64,000 nucleotides of DNA from the NCBI RefSeq assembly GCF_030028105.1, contig NC_092382.1:98472699-98536698 (forward strand), written 5' to 3'. The notes under the pieces are model-generated. The model was given only the letters and a program-made list of their open reading frames with translations. It searched no databases and was not told where the DNA came from. The first letter of the stretch is position 1. The number at the start of each line of letters is the position of its first letter. Shown piece after piece: positions 38,928-49,970 of the stretch. The position numbers and the translations under genes were made by a program. This DNA is from Mobula birostris (taxonomy: Eukaryota).

Positions 38928-40632
38928 CTGTGCGGACGGAAATATAGAAAATTAACACACTTTTGGATGGACACTTTCCCTGAAAGCAATTATTTTAATC
39001 GATAACACTCCCAAGAGCAGTGATGAACATGGAATTAATGTAACTATGAAGGAGATTATCAGGATCATTATTAAATTGGTAGTGAGTACAATGCACCTGC
39101 TGAAGTTCAGAAGGATGAGAGGAGTGTCACTGAAACTTATTGAACATTGAAAGGCCGAGATATCGTGGACGCGGAGAGGGTTGCTTCTGTCGTGGGGGAG
39201 TCTACAACCTGAAGACGAGGCTTCACAATAAAAAGACATCCCTTTAGAACGGAGATGGGTCGTAATTTCCTCAGACCGAGACAGGTGAATGTGTGGAATT
39301 CATCGGCACAGACGGTTCTGGGGTCAGTTCATTGGAACCATTGGCAGAGGAGAGTGATGGGTGCTTTATTCATCAGGCTGCCGATGGCTACGGGGCTGGG
39401 CGCCAGAATGTGTTTGAGTGCGATAATGAATCAGCTAGACGGAAAGGCGGCGAAGGCTCGGTGCTCGGCTGGTCGAATTCACCTTCTGAGCTTTATGGGC
39501 AAAGCAGCGATAGCAATCGAATCCTGAAACGTATTCTGATCTTTAGCACCAGGAGAACGAGTTGCAAACGGGAAGTGTTAAGAGAGTAATGAACGAATTA
39601 ATATACCAAGTACCAGGGTGACAGAAATTCAACTCCCCTCAGCTGTAAACACGAGAGAAAGTGAGAATATAAGAACATTAATAATAGGATCAGGAATAGT
39701 CCATCTGTTCGGACTGGCATGATCTGACAATGAAGAAGATCATGGCTGATCTGACCATGGACTCATCGCCGCATACCTACGTTTTCCTCATAGCCCTTAA
39801 TTCGTTTACTATGCAAAATCAGTGGCAGCCGGTCTGAAATATATTTATTGAAGTTGCCTCCAGTGCTGCACTGAGCAGAGAATTCCCCAGATTCATCACC
39901 CTCTGAGAGAAGAAGTTCCTCTTCATTACGATCCTAAGTTTACTCCCCAGAATCCTCAGGCCATGTCCCGTAGTTCTAATTTCACCTACCTGTGGAGACA
40001 ACTTTCCTCCGACTATCTTATCTATGCATTCGATAATTTTATATGTTTCTAGAAGATGTCCTCTCATTCTTCTGAGTTCCAGCGACTACGATCCCAATCG
40101 ACACAATTTCCCCTCATAGTCGAACCACCCCAGCTCTGCAGTCAACTGGTGAACCGCCTGCACAGCCAGTTTATCCATCCTCAAGCTGGAAGACCTGAAC
40201 TGCCCAGTACTGCAAATGCATCCTCAACAGTACATTGTACAGATGCAGCATAACCACCCTGCTGTTAAACTCAATCCCTCTGGCAACTAAGGCGAACATC
40301 CCGTTTGCTTTCTTGACAGTCTGCTGCACCTGCAAACCAAACTTTTGTGATTCAAGCACAAGTAATCCAAAGCGCCTCCGCACAGCAGCAGACTGCAATC
40401 GTTTACCACGTAAATAATATTCTGTTCTTACATTTGCTCTTCACAAGTGGATAACCTCGTATTTACCAACTTTGTACCCCATCTGCCAAACGCTGTCACG
40501 TTCGCTTATATTAATACATTAATATCCCTCTGCATTTTATCAGTTTCCTCTGCACCCGTTGTGTCGGCGATAGATCCTGGAGGTGATGATACCCACGTAA
40601 CCTTAGGCTTTTTAACTGGTGAGACGTTGGAG

Positions 40633-41420
40633 TGTTACATCCCTCGTGGGTATCCTGTGACTGTCTGATGACCATGATGTAACTGAGTGTCTTGTGAGCA
40701 GGATGCTGCAGTGATGTAATTTTCCCGCCAGTGCGAGGTCACGTGATGACATGTTCTCAACAGGTGTAGAACTGGAAACCCCTGCTGTTACGGAGTTTGG
40801 TTCGTTGTGTAATTGGTCATTTACTCCGTTATGCTGCGTCTTGGTCTCAGGACGCAGTTTCATTTTAAAGTGAAGGTTTACTTTCTTTTGTAATTCTAGT
40901 ATTGGAGAGTGAGGATCTTACTAACGTACGGGAGCCTGAAGCATCGAGTAAAGTTGGTGTCGTTCAGGCAGTTTCATAAAGGATATACCTCAGTGATTCT
41001 TCGTTCAGAAACAGTGACCTGCATCTGAGATATCCTGTAAGATAGGGAAGGTTTGTGCAGTGTTCATTCGCCAGGACAAGATCAGTTCATTTAAGCCAGT
41101 TTATTTATTTCGTCGTGAATCCCGTGGACAGAATCAGCAGTATCGTCTCGTCTTCGAGGACATCCGTTTACAGAGAAGTCTCTCCTGATTGACTGTATAA
41201 ATCAACTGGAATTCCGAAATAACCGTTTTAATAGTGTGTTCGAAGTTACCACTTTAAGAACTTTTCCAGAGTTGCCGTATCGCGGTTAACTTCCGGTTAA
41301 GTGAGTCGTTTGAATACTTCTCGGTATTGGTGAGCAGAGTTTAATAAATGTTTGTTTGTTTGTTTGTTTGTTAATAAAAACTGACTCAATTATATTTTCT
41401 TTGCTGTTGATCACGTGACA
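40633..41420 (+). mobile_element. Full-length solo LTR in copy 3 intron
   Basis: TGTTACA...CGTGACA, 788 bp, at the same intron position as the deleted versions; similar to LTR 59397-60161. Confidence 0.75.
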
Positions 41421-41422
41421 GA

Positions 41423-41454
41423 ATTTCTTTCTTTCTTTCTTTCTTTCTTTCTTT
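41423..41454. repeat. (TTTC)n microsatellite
   Basis: Direct reading. Confidence 0.9.
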
Positions 41455-42011
41455 ATTTCCGCTAATACTATATTCTGCCATCATATTTAGCTACCTAAAA
41501 GAACGACCTCACACTGATCTACGTTGTACTCCATCTGCCCCTTCTTAACGCAATTTTGCATCCTATCAATGTCCGGCTGTAAATCTGACAGCCTTCCACA
41601 CTATCCACAACGACCCCAACCTTTTATCATCACCACATTTATTAATCCATCGCTCCACTTCCTCATCCATGTCATTTATAAAAATCAGGAAGAGTCGGGA
41701 TGCCAGAACAGATCAATGAAGCATACTGCTGGTCAACGACTTCAATGCAGAATATGACCGTCTACAACAACACTTTGCTCTCAATGGGCAAGCCATTTCT
41801 GGATCCACACAGCAATGTCCACTTGGATCACATCCCTCCTTGCTTTCACCATAAGCCTTGCATTATCAAATACACTCAGCCGATGTTTGCTGAAGCGATA
41901 CCGGTTGGAAAGAGCTGCCTTGCAATTAGCCAGTCGTTAGAGCACAGGTTTGAAAGAGGAGCTGACTTATATTTTTCAACATTAATCATGAGGATGAGAC
42001 CAGATACGTAC

Positions 42012-42192
42012 CAAGAGGAGCTACAATTGCGAGTACCGGGTTGTAAACCACTTGGAATGTTCTCAGCCCAAGATAGACTCGATAGTCCAACGTCAGCAAT
42101 TCGTTATTTTCAACAAGACTTTGATACGCCCAGAAAATATTCTTCGTGATTCCCGTATCATTGGGCATAGCATTTCGGAAATAATAATCCAT
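42012..42192 (-). CDS. GPCR copy 3, coding exon 1
   Basis: ATG at 42192 (MDYYFRNAMPNDTG...YNPVLAIVAPL), donor G|GTACGT, 181 nt; homologous to the other first exons. Confidence 0.85.
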
Positions 42193-42324
42193 TGCTGCGA
42201 TCGTCCAGATTCCTGTTCGCGACGCAGCCTGTGTCTTCTCTCTGTCCGCAGTCGCTGGTCTCTGATAGCGCTGACTGGCGGCTCTCACTGACACTGTCGT
42301 TATGAGAGCGGCATTTTAAGAGAA

Positions 42325-42590
42325 CAGGCAACCAGCAGCCACACCTCCGCGGTGACGTCGACAATCCCCACAGGCCCTCCCTTCATTAAGTTCTACGGAA
42401 TGACAGGTGCAATTAACCCTTTATTTGCAGGCCGTCAGAGAAGGGATCCAGAAGCAGATTGGAAGTGTGTCTAATAATCTCAGAAGTCGGCTGTCCACGG
42501 ATGCGTGCCGAGTCTGGAAATGGACTCAAAATCGAGAAATTTACTGACACACAGCAAAACACATATAACTACCAGTCTCGAAATGAAGGT
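42325..42590 (-). promoter_or_regulatory. Conserved upstream block of GPCR copy 3
   Basis: Paralogous to 7400-7660. Confidence 0.5.
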
Positions 42591-45500
42591 ACACGCAGCA
42601 AACAAAAATTAATATAACAAACAAAAATTAATAAAACAATCAATAATAATGACATAAACAGATTACAAATAATTATTGCATAGAGAGTTCTTAAAAATAT
42701 AGTTGCACATGTAGATTGAAAATGATATCGAATTAGATGTTCCAAAATAATGATTTTAAGAAACAAGTGCTTTTCCAGTGGCCAATCGGACCGAAACGTC
42801 GACTGTACGTCTTCCTATCGATGCTGCCTGGCCTGCTTCTTTCACCAGCAACTTTGTTGTGTGTTGCTTATAAAAGTCGACAGCGGGTCCTTACAGTCAA
42901 AAGCTGCTTTGACCAACGAGTAGGCGGCGTTTGTGGTCGATCTGCAGGAGAAAGGCAGGGGCAAATGCGGTAGCCGTCGTATGAATGGACCGTCAAGCTA
43001 CTGCTCACCGAGGCGTCAGCTCAGGGAGGCTTCAGGAAAAGTAGGCAAAGAGAAGAAAAACACTTGGCTAAGACTTTTTTTCCTTTCCCTCTTTCCATCT
43101 GATCAGACAGGACAACGAGCTTCCAAGCAGGATAGTTAAATGCTCCTCTTGCGGAATCTGGGAAGGCATAGAGAACTCCAGTAACCCTGACGACGACAGC
43201 TGCGAGAGCTGCGTTCAGCTGCAGCTTCTGACAATCCGTATTAAAGAGCTGGAGGTGGAACCGGACGAGCTCCACATCATTCGGGAGGCTGAAGTGGTGA
43301 TGGACAGGACGCACAGTGAGGGAGTTAGACCCAGGGCGCAGGGTATAGAAGACTGTGTGACAGTCATGACTGAGAACCGACCGAAGGGGCCAGGGCACAG
43401 ATTCCCTGTGGCCATCTCGTTCAATATTTCGGATATTCTCACGGGGCAGAAAAATCGTCTGAAAGTGTTCAGTCACAGTGTTCGTCTCTCATGCACTTTG
43501 TTTGCCCCTGTGATTCAGAGGGGAAGTGGGTGTTGAGCGGTGTCTGTGTGTGGGGGGTCGGGGTGGGCGGGGGGCGGCAGCGTGAAATTCTTGATGTGGT
43601 GCTGGGATACGACAGTGGTGGGTCAGGTGGCTCTGTCGGCGACAACATCAGCGATATCTCGGATCGAGTCTTCAGTGTTCTTAAATGGGTATGTGAGCAT
43701 CTAGAAATCGTGACCAATTGAGTTACCAATGACATGGGTACGATGAGCGACGAAGTATTGTATGCCAGTTCCGGGAGTTAAGAGCTAAGTTAAAAGGTAG
43801 GACTCTTCTGCATTTGCTGCCCGTGCTCCGGGCTTGTGAGGCCGGAAGCAAGAAGACTATACAGATTAATAGGTTGTTTTAGAGCTGTTTTATATTGCAT
43901 TTCTCTGGAAATGGATGATAGCATTGCATTTGGCTTCCCCACCGTTGTGTAAATTTTCCTGAAGGAAACCTACCCAAAAGGCTCTGCACCTCTGCTTGTT
44001 TCAGTATTCTCCACATTGTTAAAATGGCCCAGGCCAATATAGAGAGTATACAACTTATTACATGGCGTAGGAGTTGTTTTTATATACCAATCCTCTGAAA
44101 ATGGATTGGAACATGCATTTGGCTCCGTCACCACTGACTCAATCTGCAGCTTTTCCTGTGGCTCTGCAACTCTGATTTTTCAATTCAAATGTTCTTCCCA
44201 ATTTAGGAAATAGTCCAGGCCTTTATTACCTCTGCTAAAGTGTAAGACTGGGCACTTCCCTACATTATATTACTTCATAATTCATTGCCTCTTCTGCAGT
44301 CTGTCTAGTGCCTTCTGCAAGCACCGTGCTTCCCCAACCCTACCTACCCTTCCATCTACCCTCGCATGGCTCTCAAACCCTGCCACAAATCAATCAAATT
44401 CTTCATTCAGATTATTGACGTACAACGGGAAAAGAAGCGGTCCCAACACCGATTGCTGCGAACCTCAACCGCTAACCGCCGTCCAATCAGTAAAGGGCCG
44501 ACGCAGTGATTGGCTGAGTCTGGACATGAGGTTTCACCAGCTGCTGAGAAACAGGAAAGACAGAACAACTTACAATAGATACAAGAATCAGATTGCAACA
44601 AACTATATGACTACTGAGCAGTAATTACAGATGGGTTAATACCTAATATCCGTCCGGATTTAGTAACACAGGATAGACAAAGAACAGCAACTTATTCAAT
44701 AGATAAAGCTTTTGCAGGCACACGAAACCTACATAAATCAATGCTTGAAAACACTGAAATCTGCTGAATTAACCCTTACATACTGTTCATATACGTTATA
44801 CCTTCACAGTATTGTCTGGGTCAGGTTTGGCGCGGCGCAAGAATCCCCTCTTAACAAGGGACTATAACAGATTTTGGAGTAAAAATCTTTTTAGAATGTA
44901 TAAATAGCCTATCTGCCATTATTGAATGGGTGATTCATACTTAATTAATGCTTCTGTGAGCAGAGAGAGTGTATTTTCTTTTAGAGAACAACTATTCGTT
45001 TATGGAGAAAAAAACATTCTACTATCACATGATATCATATCCTATGTTTCCTAAGACATGAAATCTTAACAGTCATAACGATTTAAGTATATCAGTTGAA
45101 ACTGAAAACGGTAAGAGCATTCTGTAACTATAGGGTTTATTTTATAACCATTAACAACAATTACAACCATCAAACAATGTCCTCACTGCTGCATCATGAA
45201 ATATCCTCAGAAAGTCTATGTAATTATAACTATTAACTATTAATCCAACATTAACTAACATTTAACTAACAAACATGGCATATACAACTTCACCGTTTTA
45301 AGATTCCCTGAAACAACAATGTCCCTTGTTTTGACCCAGATTCTTAGATGTAAAATCGATTTCAATAGGTACTGCTCAAATTTGAACCGGATTAGACTCA
45401 AATGTACAACATTTTGTAGAACCTGTACAAAAGTATATATTTTTTTCAATATTTTCATTTTTGCGCATTTTGGGTCACTTTAGAAAAAGTCATCAAACTT

Positions 45501-45628
45501 CGGCTAAAAATGGCATTTAGTGTGTTTTTAATGTTATCAAATATGAAAAAGGGTTAATTTTGACCCGAACAGTAAGAAGGTGTTAAAAGAGGAATGTTAA
45601 AGAGGATGGAACATGAATAGGATAAATA

Positions 45629-46245
45629 GTTGCAGTGGTGTTATTTTCATGACCTTCTGCACTCTCCTTTTCTCCAAACATGCCTTTGCTCATTGCGGCA
45701 GAAAGTTATATTTTAACTTCTTCAGTCCACACGACTTGTTTCCAAAATGCATCAGGCTTGTTTAGATGCGCATTTGCAAACTTCTCACACGGAATTTTGT
45801 GGTGAGGACGCAGGAAAGATTTTTTTTCTGCTGACTCTTCCATGAAGGGCACATTTATACAGGTGTCGCTGCACAGAAGAACAGCGCAATCCCGCTCCAG
45901 AGTCTGCGAAATCTTCCTGAAGATCTTTTGCAGTCAATTGGGGAATTTAATTTGCCTTTTTTTAAAATGCTACGAGCAGTCTCTGACATAGTTATCTTGT
46001 TCTTCCAGTCCTCAACTTGACCTCCACCGGTCCTGTTAACTGCCATTTCTTAATTGCATTACGAACTGAGGAAACGGCTACACGAACATGCTCTGCTATG
46101 TTTTTTTTAGCCTTCTCCTACTTTGACAGCATTATTTATTTTAATTTTCGGAGGGCTTGGCAGCTGCTGAGAGGTGCCCATGGCTGCTGATTGTTTGGAC
46201 AATGTTTGAGAAGTCGGGTTATTTATAAGGCTTTGAAATTTGCAT
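45629..46245 (-). mobile_element. Internal Tc1 fragment without terminal repeats
   Basis: Closely matches 26807-27437. Confidence 0.85.
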
Positions 46246-47419
46246 TAATGGCAAAACAGCATTAAAATTAGCGCTACAGATAAAATACTTATAAATTTCA
46301 AGAAGGCTGTAACACCAAGCACCTCTAAATATTCCGAAAGCTCCGAGTATTTGAGAAATGTGAGTGTTTGTTTCAGGTTTTACCAGTGGGGCAGTGAGTG
46401 TTGTTATCCACTTTCGCTCAGGAACCTGATGTTTGCGAAGTCACAACTGCTCGTAAACCTGAATTAGGAATCCTGAAGCCTGACTCAAGTCCCTGGTTCA
46501 AGGGGGTAAAAAAAAAAAATCAGGAAACATTCAGCAAAGTCGAGCTGCGCCGTTGTCAAGAAAAAACCCTTACTTCTTTAGTTCCTGAAAGGAAAAGGGA
46601 ATTCGCTGGGTTCCCTTTGACTCTCCCCAATATTTAAACCACCCTGTCCTTTGATAAACAGCGGGGGGTCTGGCCACCCAGCCAGAATAGTAATGATAAT
46701 GAGGTCGCAGAAAATAAATCTAGGTGGCATACTATGCTGTTACATAGAATATAAGCACCTGATGAAATCGATTGAAATCAGTCTGCATGTCCTCTTGTTT
46801 AAAGCGGAGGTTACGAGGCTGTTGATCACAAAGGGTTTCAAAAGTTACGGGGGATTCAGGCAGAATATTGGGAAATGCCACCTGCACCTTCTCTAAAGCT
46901 TCCATGTGTTCTGTATAATGAACCGACCGGAACTAAACACAATGCTCCAAGTATAGTCAACTTAGAGTGTTATAGTGTTGTAACATTTCCCTCTGTCCCG
47001 AGCTGTATTAGTGTCACACTAACCACTACACAACATAGTGTTCCAACTTGTAACTCAACACCCACCTATACACTGCCTCTTTCAGGTCAGTTACAAAAAT
47101 CAGAAAGAGCAGGATTCCAGAAGAGATCTCTTGGATACGCTCCATCGCCTGAAATTCCTTACTCTCTGAGCAAGATGATTCCAAATTCTGGAAGCAAAGT
47201 TTCTATCGATTATCAAATTTTCAAAGTTTCAAAGTTTCAAAGTTTCCGGGTGTGTCTCATAAGGGTAATCTTGACGAACGGTCCAGTCAGTTCCAATACA
47301 CAGCATCTGCCACTCTACTGTAATGAATTTGTTTTGTCACCTCCTCAAGGAATCACTCAAGGCGTACGACATGACCCGCCCCTCATATAACTGCCCTTAA
47401 TTCTATTTCTCCAAATACT

Positions 47420-48860
47420 CCTGGACCCCTGCATTTGATCTGCTATTGGGAAATGAACCAGATCAGCTTTCAGATCCCTCGGTGGGAGAGCATTTTAGAG
47501 GTAGTGACCACAACTCCAACTCATTCACCACAGCGCTGGAGCGGGATAGGAGCAGACAATTTTGGAAAATATTTAATTGGGGTATGGGAAATATGGTGCT
47601 ATTACACAGGACTTTTGGAACAGATGGTCTCAGGGAAACGCACAACAGAAGTGTGACAAATGTTCAGGGAACATTTGGATAGAGTTCTACATAGGTATTT
47701 TCCATTGAAATTGAGAAAATTTTGGTATACAACCATGTAAAACCATGGTGTATAAAATCTGTTGAAAATCTAGGTTAGAAGAAACGAAAAGCTTACGAAA
47801 GGTTCAAGAAAATAGGTACTGTTAGAGCGATAGAAAATGACAAGGTTGCTGGGATGGAGCTTAAGAATGGAATTAGGAGAGCCAGAAGGGGCCATGAGAA
47901 GAGCCTGGTAAGCAGGATAAAGGAAAACCAGGAGTCACGTGAAAGAATAGGTCCAATCAAGTGTGACAGTGGACAAGTGTGTCTGGAGTCGGAGGAGGTA
48001 CTTAGTAAGTGCTTTGTTTCAGTATTTAACAGGGAAAAAAAAGATCTTGGCCATTTTTGGGAAGACTGACAGTGGACTGAAACTCTTGACCATATGGACA
48101 TTAAGAAAGAAGATGTGTTGGAACTTTTGAAAAGCATTAAGTTAGTAAATTCACCAAGACCCGATGAGATATACCCTAGCCTGATAGCCTCATATTTCCC
48201 CTTCCTCCAAACAAACGTTTCCCTAAATTGTCTATTTCTATCCATCTCCAATGTTGTGGTGAAGGAGATAGGATTGTGATCACGATCTCAAAAACGCTCT
48301 CGCATCGAGAAAACTGACACCTGACTAGGTTCATTTCCCAATTCCAGATCAAGTACAGCCTCTGCTCTTGTACGCTTATCTGCATATTGTGCCAAGAAAC
48401 CTCCCTAAACGCACCTAACCAACTCCATCCCACCTAAACCGTTACTCCAGGAAGATGCAAAACAATATCTGGCAAATTAAAATCTCCCACCACAACAACC
48501 CTGTTATTATTTCAGCTTTGCCGAATCTGTTTCGCTATCGGCACCCAAATGTCCCTGTCGCTATTGGCTGCTCTGTCAAAGCACACAGTTGAGTCGTTGA
48601 CACCTTCCTATTCCTAACTTTCTCTCACAGAGACTCCGTTGACAATCCCTCCATGTCTTTCTCCTTTCCTGCGGCCGTGACACTATCCTTGATCAACAGG
48701 CCTCCACCTCTTTTTCCTCCCTCCTTGACCTTTCTGAATAAGCTAAAGCCTAGCACTTGAAGTAGCCATTCCTGCCCCTGAACCATCCAAGTCTCTGTAA
48801 TGGCCAGGACATCATAGCTCCATTCACCAAGCCTGCATCAGTTTAGGAAATACTGAATGA
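47420..48860. mobile_element. CR1 ORF2 fragments in both orientations
   Basis: IRRARRGHEKSL.SRIKEN and SPRPDEIYP on the + strand; endonuclease-region remnant on the - strand at 48190-48830. Confidence 0.7.
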
Positions 48861-49139
48861 GGACTCTCGAGTGCCTTAGCAGCTCCGACTTCTGCCCTTT
48901 TTCCCTGGTCTGTAACATAGTCTACATCTTTATTAGTTCTACCAAAATGCATGACCATTCAGTTCCCGGAACTCGATTGAATTGACTTAATTTCTCACAT
49001 CGTTCACATACACGAGGACGAAAAATCTTTACGACTCCGTCTAAATGTGAAATGTGTAATCATAGTCAGTTATAATAATTTTGCAACTTAGAAAACACTC
49101 AAATCAGCGTGAGCTTGTCAGTCTGAGGGGCTGGGCCTG

Positions 49140-49970
49140 TTGAAACTGAAAACGACAACAAAATTCTGTAACTGTGGGGTTTATTTTATAACCATTTACA
49201 ATAATTACAACCATCAAACACTGTCCTCACTGCTCTATCATATAATATCCTCATAACGGCTATGTAACAATAACTATTAACTGTTAATCCAACATTAACT
49301 ATCATTTAACCACAAACATGGCACGTACAATTTCACCGTTGTAAGATTCCCTAAAACCACAATTTGCCTTGATTTGACCTAGAGTGCTGATTCTAAAATC
49401 CATTTCAATAGATACGGGTCAAATTTCACCCGGATTAGACTCAATGTACAAAATTTTGTAGCACCTGTGCAAAATGAGATTTTTTTTTTCAATATTTTCA
49501 TTTTTGCGCATTTTGGGTCACTTTAGAAAAAGTCATCAAACTTCGGCTAAAAATGACATTTAGTGTGTTTTTACTGCTATCAGATATCAAAGCGGGTTAC
49601 CTTTGACCCGAACAGTAAGCATGGGTTAAAAGAGGAATGTTAAAGAGGATGGAACATGAATAGGATAAATATTGTTCAGATAATAATATTTACAACTAGT
49701 ATCAACGCAAACACTAAGAAGCAGTATTAAAATTAGCCCTACAGATAAAATACTTATATAATTTTCAAGAAAACTACAACACTGATCACCTCGAAATATT
49801 CTAAAAGCTCCGAGTAATTGATTCAGTATTTATCAGTGGTGCGGTGAGTGTTGTTATCCCCTCTCGTTGAGGAAGGAACCTGATGGTTGTGATGTCACAA
49901 CTGCTCCTAAACCTGAATTCGGAATCCTGAACCCTGATTCAATCCTTGATTGAAGGGGGAAAAAATCAGG
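49140..49970 (+). repeat. Local duplicate of ~45098-45628 plus ~46250-46525; includes a possible piggyBac-type end (TTTGACCCGAACAGTAAGCATGGGTTAA)
   Basis: Long shared strings, e.g. TTTTTGCGCATTTTGGGTCACTTTAGAAAAAGTCATCAAACTTCGGCTAAAAATG. The piggyBac call is tentative. Confidence 0.8.

Noticed and set aside
46875-47390. 171-aa ORF, and similar ORFs at 11051-11533 and 20476-20985
   Set aside because: No recognisable domain or splice structure; they overlap decayed repeats and, where paralogous copies exist, are not kept open.
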